Part shown: piece after piece, positions 12,167 through 27,880 of the stretch
How positions within the stretch are numbered: the stretch's first letter is position 1
Layout of the letters: the number at the start of each line of letters is the position of its first letter
The notes under the pieces: generated by a model
Seen by the model: only the letters and a program-made list of their open reading frames with translations
Told to the model about the DNA's origin: nothing
Database searches by the model: none
Translations under genes and position numbers: made by a program
Source: Rotaria socialis
Lineage: Eukaryota
NCBI GenBank assembly: GCA_905331295.1
Contig: CAJNYD010000353.1
Span: forward strand, 1-32,113
Direction of reading: 5' to 3'
DNA length: 32,113 bases

Positions 12167-12649
12167 TTACAACTGGTCGATGACGAAACTATTCATTGAT
12201 TCATTAGGATATTGTTGTTTATCGTTAGATTCATCATATTTTCGTTGTAGATGAAAATGCTGAACAGATGATCGTTGAAGAGCACACAAATGTCTTGTCT
12301 TGTTACGTGCTTTTTGGTGACATAAAACAGAGCAAGAAATGTGAATCAGTCTCAAAATCTATTGAACGAGGTGACATCTGGATTTATGTGAAGTCAAAGA
12401 AGTAGAAATTGTCATACAAACTTTTTTAACTTGAACGTCCTCCCGATTCATATACGTGCCTTTTCTTTAGGAAATATTACAAAGAAATTTCAATTCGAGA
12501 AAAATATTGACATGATATGTTACTAAATCAACTTCTGAATTTTCGGTAATTAGTGAACTTAAATATAATAAATTATATAAATCAACACGATGCATTTCAG
12601 ATGTCAATAACAACATCCATTTAAGTTTTACTGTATTACACATTCTCAA
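12167..12649 (-). pseudogene. Possible decayed coding sequence of unknown family
   Basis: ORFs 12467-12649 and 12167-12355 are in the same minus frame. Together they give 161 codons with only two internal stops and protein-like composition. No family was recognised. Confidence 0.25.
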
Positions 12650-13065
12650 AAGTTATTTATGAGCAAAACATTGAGTGGATGATTCATACACAAACTTATA
12701 TCGTTAGCAATCAATCATGATAGAGACGTTTTATCTGTAAAATGGTTGGTTAATTTTAACAAATGATTTATAACTATTGCTAACATATTTTTATTTATTT
12801 ATTTTAAGAAGAAAAAAAATTTATTTTTCGTATGATAGTATATTAAAATGAAAAATAATTCTACATTTTTATTATTTCTTACAGCACCCCTTCTTATGAA
12901 CCAATAGTGAGCTGTATACTAAATTTTATTTTCTGCTACATTCTTCGACATCTTTGATGCAATGACGAGAAAAAGCTTGTTCCCGTAATGATGTTTTTCT
13001 TTCTGTTTTTTTTTGATTCTACAAAGTTGTGGAAATCGTCTTAAAAACAAACAAAGATAGGAAAG

Positions 13066-16000
13066 ATGACATCAATCGATTTACTACAAATGGAAACAAG
13101 TTCTTCGTCGACAAATTCATCAACTCGATCGAAAAAATTACCACCACCGCCATTATGTTTGCCCGCTTCAAAAGAGGAAGAAAATACGTTGAATTCTAAT
13201 AAAAAACGTGAACAAAAAAAATCGACAAATCATTGTTGTCTATCTTCATCAGTAGAAGATTGCCCACATAAATCTATTCCTTATGTAGGAAAGGAAAATG
13301 AAATATTTCTTGTCTTTATAATAATTTCTATTTTTTTATCGTAGATTCTTCCTGCTAGTCAACGGCCACAAATTCTTGACACATTAATGGCTTCTTCATC
13401 TGTATTATTAGTTCCGCCACCATCAGAATCAAAGCATAAAAAATTTCATAATATCGCTTATACAAATCGATTGAATCTACTCAAGTAATAATCGATCCAT
13501 CATACTAAAAATTATATTGATTTCACTATTTTGTTTTTATTTTCCTTTTAAGGCAACGTCAATCATCATCAAAAGTGATAATTGATGATACTGAATGGAT
13601 TGATTGCATACGTTTAATTGTACATAAACCATTAGAACGTGAGCTTAAATCATTACTTGATAAGTATAAAATGGTAAAATTTAATTTTAGTATTATTACA
13701 TACAAAAAAAACATTAACTTTTCTCTTATCAGACATATTTTGATCGAGTTAATGCACCGAATACAACCGACGATACTATTCGTTCTTGCTTATCTACTAT
13801 GGTTTCTGAGGTATGTTAGATAGAGGAAAACTTATAAATGAACCACAAAAAAAATAAATGATAAAACACTTGTTGTATCAAAAGTAAAATGTTTTTCCAC
13901 CCACGCGGGGGCTCGAACCCCGACTCTTCGGATGGCTCAGTTGAATTGTCAAAACTAGGAGTCCGATGCCTTAATCCATTAGGCCACGTGGGCAAGTTTA
14001 TATTTTCTTAGACTATTTTTCCTTGCAAAAAGAGCAAAAGCGTTCATCTGCCGTTACTCTTGATAATCTATTCCTTATGATTCTTTCCATATGAAGAAAC
14101 GCAAAAAAATCAGAGCGAAGCAAGAAGAGGAAAGAGAAATTAGACGCCGAAGCAAAATATTTGGACACCCGCGCCGGGACTCGAACCCGGACTCTTCGGA
14201 TGACTCTGTTGAAAACAAAATTTAGGAGTCCGATGCCTTAATCCATTAGGCCACGCGGGCGTATCTTTCCTGTCTGTTCACTTCATATTTTATCTAGGCT
14301 TTAACTACATACTCACCCGCTCCAATATTATCAACGCGAACAGTGGATGATTTAGCAAGAAATGTTTCGTCTCCTGTTCAAGCGACAACTATAACAAATA
14401 ATGGAAATGCGAAGTAGTTTGCTTGAGAAAAAAATGCAACTCTAAAAATAATATTTCTAATTATAGACGGAAACGAAAAAATATTAGCAATAGCTTCTCT
14501 ACATCAACACCAGTTTCAATAAATAGTCAAACAAAATTTGTTATTAGCCACATTGTACCTGGTAAATATGATACTCACAGTAATGGTAATAAAATGACAA
14601 ATCAACAACAACAACAAAAACAATTTCAAAAGAAATATAGTCATCTGTTCAAAGTAAATATGATACATATTTATATTAAAATTAATGAAGTCTTGTCATT
14701 TATTAATTTACTTGAATACATGAATAGTTTTTCTTGGTCAAGATGTGAGCATTTCTCACTTTGAGCATGAGTACAATTAGATAAATGTTTATCCGTTTCT
14801 TTTTAATGATAAGAGACATATTCAAATAGTATTGCATAGTATGGATTAAAATTATTTGATTAAAAATTTGTTTTTGACTACAGCAATCATTATATTTCGA
14901 TCTTAGTCACAATTTGAGTAACTAATTAAGTTTTTCATTAAATTCATCTTCATATCAAGCGTTCATAAATAAAATAGTGCACACTGATTTCTAAAGAAAA
15001 ACAAAAATACCAATAGGATAGTTATCAGTCTCTAATGGATGTTAAGAGAATTATTTTTGTTATATAGCACTATTTTAAGAAGAGCACAACATTCTGACTA
15101 AAATGAAATTTTATCGTAAAAATTAATAGACATCATTAAAATAAATCACATTTAAGCAATGCTAGAATAGGTTTCGTTTTTGTTTTCATTCTTTTTAATA
15201 TTCATAACTTACAGTAAGATCATAATGAATTCGACAAACTTTTGATATAACCAGTAGTTTTTACTCTTTGACATGGTACACTTAAAATTAGGCCAATGAA
15301 AAGCATTTAATTTTTCACAAACCTCTGTATGTTAGTTGATCAATGAAAATGATCTATCAAATCTAGTTTATCGAGAAGTTTGAGTATGGTATTCAAATCA
15401 TCATTTAGGGTTAATTCAACATTTTCGTATTGAAGCAAAAAAAAAACGCGTGATCTCAAGCTTTTAATCAGAGTTACTCTACTATTACAAAATATACTAA
15501 AAGTATTTTTATTCTACTAGGGGCGTAACCAGACGAGGGCTAGGGGACTCAGTACATTTTAAGTAGGTCTTTGTCCTCTTATTAACAATGATTTTGACCA
15601 ATGGCTGAGCCTCGCTTTGAATTTTTCTCTGGTTACGCCCCTATATTCTACTTTTGAGTAAGAACATATTTTTCATCTTTATCATGACTATTTGATAAGA
15701 TGTGAAAAGTTAACTTATTAAAACAAACATCAACCCTAAAGAATCTTCGTGATAAGAGAATTTATTTGAATAAATTGCACAAAAAAAATTGGATGTACAT
15801 GTATATATATAACTGTTTTAAGCACATACCGGATACAGAAGAGCAAGAATATCTCACGCGTGAAGGTAATTGGAAAAATGTATCAATTTCTTCTTCTCGT
15901 CTGTTGAACAATAATAATATTTGTTTAATGTTATATGATGAAGTTATCAATTATATGGATGAATATGACCTTGAATTGAGGTAAATTTTGAGTTCCTCTT

Positions 16001-16108
16001 AATTTTTCTAAAAATTTCTATTATTGATTTCTTTTCAGTGGAATATCTCTTGAAGATTCATTTACACTACCAGAAACAATTCTTGCACATATAAATTCAT
16101 CTACGTAA
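13066..16108 (+). CDS. DNTTIP1: DNTTIP1 (TdIF1/SAEG-2)-like protein, MiDAC complex subunit, 8 exons, ~362 aa
   Basis: Exons 13066-13284, 13345-13484, 13553-13673, 13733-13810, 14298-14413, 14467-14653, 15823-15980, 16039-16108 give one 1089-nt frame. IDCIRLIVHKPLERELKSLLDKYKMTYF resembles the dimerisation domain. KKYSHLFKHIPDTEEQEYL...CLMLYDEV...SFTLPETIL resembles the C-terminal domain (human KHPHLFKYAADPQDKHWL...SFVLPSWM, recalled from memory). Confidence 0.75.
13898..13993 (-). tRNA. tRNA-Arg-CCT: tRNA-Arg(CCT) with 22-nt intron (13934-13955)
   Basis: Minus strand folds as a cloverleaf: acceptor GCCCACG/CGTGGGT, D stem GCCT/AGGC, anticodon stem TCGGA/TCCGA with loop CT-CCT-A[intron]A, T stem CGGGG/CCCCG with loop TTCGAGC. 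A and B boxes are intact and the intron follows position 37. Confidence 0.93.
14166..14260 (-). tRNA. tRNA-Arg-CCT: tRNA-Arg(CCT) with 21-nt intron (14202-14222)
   Basis: Acceptor GCCCGCG/CGCGGGT, the same D and anticodon arms as the other copy, T stem CCGGG/CCCGG with loop TTCGAGT, and intron AATTTTGTTTTCAACAGAGTC after position 37. Confidence 0.94.
15518..15643. mobile_element. 126-bp hAT-type MITE in DNTTIP1 intron 6
   Basis: Perfect 16-bp TIRs TAGGGGCGTAACCAGA / TCTGGTTACGCCCCTA and an exact 8-bp TSD TATTCTAC at 15510-15517 and 15644-15651. Confidence 0.92.
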
Positions 16109-16369
16109 AAATTGAAAAACAAAAACAAGACAGAAAAGAAATAGATTTATATGAATTTTTGCTAATATTTCGGTTTTTCTTCTTATCTTTCTTGTATTAA
16201 TTATGAAAACAGTGTTTGTTTTGTCGAGTATAGCTAGTTTTTAATGTGCTTGTTAAATAATATAATCAATTTTTTAATATAATAATCTCGTCCGAATCAA
16301 ATTTTAGATAAAGCAAAGCATCCTTTTTTGTTTTTGTTTTTGTTTTCATCGATATTTGTATTTCCAAGA

Positions 16370-18094
16370 ATGACTTGGCTCAATGATTGGTTAAAAGAAC
16401 AAATACCTTCTTATAAACATGCGCTAAAACAGGCTGATCCAAGAACAAAAGATTGGTTTTTATTATGGGCAGATCCAATTCCAGCAATAACATTGGCATT
16501 AATCTATCTTTTTATTGTTACTTTTGGTCCACGTTACATGCGAAATCGAGAGGCATTTCATGTACCATCATGGATACTTTTTATTTACAATATGTCACTT
16601 GTTGCATTATCGATTTATATGGTTGAAGAGGTTAGTTGGTCATTGATATATGTTCTCACTTATTTGATTTCACATTTTAGGTTGCTGTTGGCATTTATCG
16701 TAGTAAATATAATTTACTTTGCCAACAATTAAATGTTTCGACCGATGAAAATGAAATGAAAGTAACCAATGTATTGTGGTTTTATTTTTTTTCCAAAGCA
16801 ATTGAATTTATGGATACAATTTTTATGGTTGCACGGAAACGTTTTACACAGATAACATTTCTTCATGTATTTCATCATTCAACTATGCTTATCATTTGGT
16901 GGATTGTCATGACATGGATACCTGTAAGAAAAGATTAAAAAAATTAATTTTCTTTCAATTTTTTGTTTTCTTATCTAGGGTGGTCAAGCATGGTTTGGTC
17001 CAGTTTTAAATTCAGCCGTTCATGTTCTTATGTATGCATATTATGGATTATCGGTCATTCCATCACTACGAGAAAAACTTTGGTGGAAAAAATATATCAC
17101 ATTATTTCAACTTGTAAGTAAACAAATAGATAGTTCAAATAGACTCGTGTAGACTTCTGAATGCAACTAGTTTTGCTTTCGAATTATATTCATTTAATTT
17201 CAAGCTTGTGCTAATTCAAGAATGCCTTAAAAACTTACAATTATAGTATATGTCACGGATTATTCATGGCATCAATGTATATTGTATATGATTTCACTCT
17301 TATTGTCTTTTTTTTATTAATGTAACATTGGAATCAATTAATAGAATACTTTATCGGTCTTTTATACATATTGTTAAACACTGAGGCTTCTTTTAGGATG
17401 GAATATTGATAGCTGAGAAATTTTAATCACAAAAATCCATAGAACGACATGAAAGAAAGAAGAATATAATGAAAGGAAACTCATTGGTGTATAACTAACA
17501 ACAAGAAAAACTAGGAAGAACATACTTATATATATATATATATAATCCTTTAAATAAAGATCGAAAATCCTTATGAATGCATTTGACGAAGATGTAGATC
17601 AAAGAACAGGAGTGTATTAACAATTAAAATCGTTTGAATTTCACAGTAAATTGTTCAATTTTTATTATTATAGAAAAGAAAAGCTCATAATTAATCTGTT
17701 TATAATAAAGAGTAGTCTTTTGTGAAATTGTTTTGCTTTTCTTTTCATTTAGACTCAATTCGTTTGTATTTTCCTTCATACATTTAATGCAATTATAACT
17801 GGTTGTAATTATCCACGCTGGTATAAACTTATTTTAGTATTAATTATTTGACTGTTAGTTGCTTTATTTTGTTGTTGTAGGGGATTGTGGATGTTAGGTG
17901 GCTATATGGTAATTATGTTGGTTCTTTTCACGAATTTTTATATTCATGAATATATTACTCGAACTAATGATAAAAAACGGCGTAAACAACAATTAAAAAA
18001 TACAAATAAAATATCAAATAATGAATCAACAACAACAACAACGACAACGACAAACCGATCTCGACAAAATGGAATAACTAAAAAGCATGAATGA
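16370..18094 (+). CDS. ELOVL: ELO/GNS1-SUR4 family very-long-chain fatty acid elongase (ELOVL4- or ELOVL2/5-like), 5 exons, ~306 aa
   Basis: Exons 16370-16630, 16681-16923, 16979-17113, 17753-17820, 17881-18094. Motifs [26 protein letters not shown] (HxxHH), [31 protein letters not shown] and a C-terminal KKHE dilysine ER-retrieval signal. The subfamily is not resolved. Confidence 0.95.
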
Positions 18095-18478
18095 TATTCA
18101 CATGAAAGCAAATCAATTGACATTATTTACCTTCAGCTTCCCCTCACATTTAGGCAATTTACTTTTTCTTCTACTGATTTCATTCCTTGAGCAATTTACT
18201 AGCAAAAACCCAAACGCATAATCTATGTCAAAAGAACCTTTTTTCTTTTTGTCTCAATATAAAACCATCATCTAGTCGAACGTGATGTACTAAAAAGATC
18301 AAAAGTACTTTATCCTATTTCAGATAATTTTATTCTTGAAACGAACGATTATAGAATAGTATTAATAAATAAAGCAGAACTTTGTGCTTGTGTCTGCTCT
18401 TTATTGTGTTCTTTTGAATAACAAGATTGTATTCGTTGATATTTGAAGAAAATTTTGTAATCTAACGCAAGATTTCGA

Positions 18479-23071
<4,593 letters not shown>

Positions 23072-23115
23072 TATAATTCTTCTTTTTGTTGTTTGTTATA
23101 TTTGTATAATTTAAA

Positions 23116-23150
23116 AATAAATAAACAGAAAAATTATGAAAATAAATAAA
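23116..23150 (+). promoter_or_regulatory. Clustered AATAAA polyadenylation signals downstream of CPSF3
   Basis: Several overlapping AATAAA hexamers 45-80 nt after the stop codon. Weak on its own because the background is AT-rich. Confidence 0.4.
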
Positions 23151-23220
23151 AATTATTTGACAAGTGATTGAAAATATTTAAAATAAAATATATGTCAAAA
23201 TCTATACATAACATGGTGGT

Positions 23221-24236
23221 TAGAGGTGTCAGCCGTGCGGCTGAGCCGCCGCCGCCGACCCCTATCATTGATATCGACAATTTTTATTTATATTTTCATT
23301 TTTTAATGAATTTCGATTTTTTTATTCATTTTTCATCTCAATATGATATATAGAGATACACCAGTTCCTAGTACATGGTCTGATTGAAGACATTTTTGCC
23401 TGATGAAGAACAAAGTTGTCTGCTTATTTCATAGATCAATCAAGAGTAATTTTTTTCGCTCCATCCGAAGCTGCAGTCGGAATTTATGAAAGATTTTTAC
23501 AAATGCTTCGGATTTTACCTGGNACATGCTCGTCATTGGCAGTTATCAACCGAGCATCGTTTTTCATATTATTTCTGTTCAGTTTTGAACGCTCTCTTCA
23601 AATATATTCGTAGATTTTGTTAGTGACGGAGCCAGGATTTTGCACTGGGAGGGGTTCATGGGCGGCTAAAAATTACTTGAGGGCACTAAATCCCCCTCAG
23701 CCACCTCGTGGATCCGCCACTAGATTTTGTCTAATACAAACTGCAAATCTGAAATTGAGTTGGATTTCACAGAATTTAAGCGCCCAAAACTTACAAATTC
23801 TAATTTTATGTAAAATCCAGGTAAAATCCGAAGCATTTGTAAAAATCTTTCATAAATTCCGACTGCAGCTTCGGATGGAGCGAAAAAAATCACTCTTGAT
23901 TGATCTATGAAATAAGCAGACAACTGTGTTCTTCATCAGGCAAAAATGTCTTCTATCAGACCATGTAGTAGGAACTGGTGTATCTCTATATATCATATTG
24001 AGATGAAAAATGAATAAAAAAATCGAAATTCATTAAAAAATGAAAATATAAATAAAAATTGTCGGTATCAATGATAGGGGTCGGCGGCGGCGGCGGCGGC
24101 TAATAAATTTTAAAATTTCGAATGCATCAGCGGCGCGGCGGCTGTAATAAAAGTGCCTCAGCGGTGGCGGCTCAAAAAATCTTAAAATTTCCACTGCCAA
24201 GGCGGCGGCGGCTCAGCCGCACGGCTGACACCTCTA
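23221..24236. mobile_element. ~1 kb inverted-repeat non-autonomous DNA transposon (hAT-like termini) spanning an assembly N
   Basis: Termini TAGAGGTGTCAGCCGTGCGGCTGAGCCGCC / GGCGGCTCAGCCGCACGGCTGACACCTCTA. Left arm 23221-23522 is the near-identical reverse complement of 23817-~24095 plus 24201-24236. GCCGCC subterminal motifs are present. No TSD was found, and there is an N at 23523. Confidence 0.8.
23621..23722. mobile_element. 102-bp hAT-type MITE lying between the arms of the larger element
   Basis: TIRs TAGTGACGGAGCCA / TGGATCCGCCACTA (12/14 match) and an exact 8-bp TSD GATTTTGT at 23613-23620 and 23723-23730. Confidence 0.88.
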
Positions 24237-25628
24237 CATTCAACACTTTTCTTCATAATATTTTCGAATAATTTTGGTGATTGTATTTGCTTAGAATATT
24301 GAATTATTATGCTAATGCATTCTTTTCGTTAAATTAGCATTCAGAAGTATGTATTAGTTGAAATATTTCTCAATAAATAATTCATTTCTTGCCTCAATTT
24401 TGTGAAATACTCTAGAAAAGAAATGTTATTGCAGGGGTGGGAGAACACGTGTGAAATGTTTTGGCAACGATCTTGCTTGACAGACAGCAACAGACTGTAC
24501 ATACATAATAACCTCGTTGTAACATATGAATAGCTTCCATATCGGATCGCTAGAGGATAAAGTAAAACAAAATGATGAAGAAATATGTCTCCCATAGATA
24601 AATTAAGAGGATTTTTCTTTGATTAGCAGCAACAGTTATATTGTCTCTCAGATATTAATCCAACAGCAATTACACAATAGTGTTTTTTTTCTGTAGAGTG
24701 GAAAAGTTGTTCATAGTATGCTATGATAGTTTTTAAAACTCATGAACAGCATAGTTCTAACATAAAATCTCACTCTGCCTCTGCCAACTACTGTATACAA
24801 AGACTTGGATGATTTGAAATGGTGATACCTTTGATAAAAACAAATAAAATCTGAAGAGACTCTCTAAGAAGAACTCTGTATAGACATTATTTTTAGGTTT
24901 GATCTCCATCAACGATTGACTCTAAATGTATTAATGTTAAATCAGGACGAAATTGTCGGAGTGTATCTATAAAGAATGTCATAACGTTTCTTGTACCGAT
25001 AACTTTTGATTCTGTGGAACAAAGTGTTAACGGGCTAACATTGAGTAAACACATTCACCAAATCTTTTTTACATACTAATAAATTAACATTGGCATTCTT
25101 GCCCGAATTTTCTTCTTGCAGATAATTGATTATACTTATGAGAGATGTCATGAAAAATAAGTCAAAAACAGTTTCGATTTCAAAATAAAAACAAAACATA
25201 ATAGTTGGAAACTGACTGTTTGCTGTACTATTACATGTGCCACCAATCGTGTATAAAATATTACAGCTTTTTACGATATTCTAATTTTTTAAAAACAATG
25301 TTAACGTTCTTGCGGTGTTCTTTTTTAAATTCTTTTGAAAAATTATCTCTATCATTATATTGTGCTAGGTGAAAATCGTTCAACCGGCGAGATAAATGCT
25401 GAATTAGTTTTGTAAATAAGAAGAAAATTAATGTATTCAAATGTTGGATGTCTTGAAAAATAGAGAAGAATATTTCAAAGTCAGGTTTATAAATTTTTTT
25501 AACTTGATCAACTTCCTATTATTTAGTTTTGCAGAAGGAATCATGTAGTGAATCTGATTTGTCTCCGTTCATAAATAAATAATCACATTAAGAATTCCAT
25601 TCAAAATGATAAGATATTTAGAAAACAG

Positions 25629-25676
25629 TTGGAACTTGAATTTGGATTAGAATTTGGACTAGAATTCGGATTAAAA
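25629..25676. repeat. Degenerate 12-bp tandem repeat, about 4 units
   Basis: TTGGAACTTGAA, TTTGGATTAGAA, TTTGGACTAGAA, TTCGGATTAAAA. Confidence 0.6.
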
Positions 25677-27269
25677 TTGCAATTTGTATTTGGCACACAG
25701 TGCTCTTATCGAGCTTAGTCTCAATAAGTAGCTTTCCATCTGATAAACGTTCTCAATTTGAAAACTATTTACATTAATTTCATCCACGAGCAAATTCAAA
25801 ACCTAAATAGCAAAACATTTTGGTCTGTGAATCTTTCTCTGATTTTGCCACGCTTCTAGCAAAGCAGTTTATTGTTGAAAATAAATTATCTTGCCGAAGA
25901 CCATGCGTAGGTACTAAATCCGAACCTAATTTTGATCTGAAATACAAATCATGCAATATATTGAATCTTCACGCTGTGAACTTGTTCTACTCAGATCTCG
26001 GTTAATAAAGAAACAGGAGATCCGAAGATTTTGTTTGAAATTTAAATCAATTTTATTTAACCACTATTTTTATGCTAGCCGAAAAAAGTAAGTCAAGTAG
26101 TATTTTATTGTTTGTTTCATCCGTAATATGAATGCTAGAGAAATGCAAGCTTGTAACGTATCCATCCACAATTGATCATTAATTAATCATTTCTAATCAG
26201 ATTGTAGCTATCATTTGATAGGAATCCCGCTAGTAATTCATTTCAAGTAGAAATGATAACACAAATATTAGACAAGATTTCATCAGTTATAATGCTTCCA
26301 TAATTATTTCATTGAAAAACGATTATCTGATGAGCCATGTAACAAACAAGTTTTGTTAGTTGAAACGTCGTCATGTTTGCCATAGAATAAATAATTTATT
26401 GCCATTTTAAAACTTTAATTTTTCTTTTCTCAATTTGTATAACTAATTCTTTAAACTAAGATATCGTTCATGACATTATATTTCATTAAAGTATCGGATG
26501 ACAGAGTCTCTTTGTTTTCAAAAACAAAAATTCATTTACTCTAGATGTTCATGATTAGTAATATGATTATGAATATTTTCTTTTTGAAAGAATGCATACT
26601 ATAAATTACTGTCTTATAGCGTTTCAGAGCCTATGATGAAAAGTGAATTGTTTATTTGATTACAAGATCAACTATTGCAGCTAAAGAACAGAATCAATGA
26701 TTAATGAGCATAATCACAGCGGCATTTCGACGTCTGAGTTTTTAATCCCTGTCGGCATGATCTTTACTTTATTTCCTGGAGAAAACTCGGCTCATGTTTT
26801 AGTAAAAAAACATCTGATTAAATTATTGTATCTCGAATCGAATAAAACTAAGCCTCTATCACAAAATAGGATAAATAATACAAAATTAAGTTGTATTCTG
26901 ATTTACTTATCATACGATCTGATGTATAGCATAATCAAATGACTCGGTTAAAATTTCTGTTGTTGGGATAGAACTCAAAAATCTTTGGCAGCAGCACATA
27001 GTAAACGTAATCGAGCAATATGATAAAGATTATAGTAAACATCAAATAAGAAAATGGCTCAATTCAGTCACTTCAATGATGTTTAAAATTAAAATAAAAG
27101 CAATAATACATCAAATTTAAGTTTGAAGACGATACTAAAACAAAAGTACATCGCAAAGCCTCCAATTATCGCCGAGATTATACACATCAGCAATCTATTG
27201 AATTTTTTAACTGTTCAAGTATAATTCCTATGTGATCACATATTGTATGTTCTATGATATGATCACCGG

Positions 27270-27880
27270 ATGACGCAAATGAATTACAAAGTAATTCAAA
27301 ATAAATGAATTATATAATAATTTTCTGCCAAATATGTTCTATTAATGTTAGCATCAGGGTCTACCAGAGTGTGGATCTGAGGAAGGATGTTAAGAGCGGC
27401 GACACACACACATGCATAATACATAATAGTGTGGGTGTAATATGCATCACAGTAAAGAGCCAGATAATATATTTTTGATGTAAATTAGGTTTAAATATTA
27501 CAGTCCAGAAGTGTTTTGTTTTTTTTGTATTGTTTTCATAAGTAAATTCGATACTTTTTAATAAAAAGATCAAACATTGAAATTAATGATCAAAACTATA
27601 TTTTTTGTATGAAACTTTCTCTTTGCATCTGCACTCGGTCAGTAAAAAATTGTCAAGTAGGTCCGGACCCGGTTGCAAACTATTTTTCATACCCAGATCC
27701 GGACTCAGACCCGGGAAATACAAAATATTATCCCGGACCCGACGGACTCTACCTAGTAGACCGTGATGGACCCTAGTAGACTCTGGTAGGCTCTGATGCC
27801 AACATCAAGAGAAAATCATAGACAGGAAATTGTTACATAATTCATTTATTTTGAATCACTTTGTAATTCACTTGCATCAT
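27270..27880. mobile_element. Diverged ~100-bp inverted repeat pair enclosing a DNA-transposon end
   Basis: 27270-27370 aligns to the reverse complement of 27780-27880 (ATGAcGCAAaTGAATTACAAAGTaATTCAAAATAAATGAATTAT...CATCAGgGtCTACCAGAGT). Repeated CCGGAC and CCTAGTAGAC motifs at ~27655-27785 look like subterminal repeats. Confidence 0.7.

Noticed and set aside
13898..14260. Suppressor tRNA (CTA anticodon) reading of the loop CTCCTA
   Set aside because: The stem TCGGA/TCCGA fixes the register as C32-T33-CCT-A37, so the anticodon is CCT (Arg).
14415..14417. TAG as the end of the gene starting at 13066
   Set aside because: A 53-bp GT-AG intron (14414-14466) removes it, and the downstream exons supply the DNTTIP1-like C-terminal domain.
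23416..23923. Duplicate ORFs beginning MSAYFIDQSRVIFF on both strands
   Set aside because: They are a by-product of the inverted repeat, use a non-ATG start, and one crosses the N.
24341..25120. Possible EnSpm/CACTA-like transposase remnant on the minus strand (DIFLHHFVLLY..AIR)
   Set aside because: Only one short motif resembles the family and the neighbouring conserved motifs could not be recovered; a TBLASTN against a TE protein library would be needed.
25629..25676. CRISPR-like or coding interpretation of the 12-bp repeat
   Set aside because: There are no spacers or cas genes, the context is eukaryotic, and the repeat is not part of a long ORF.
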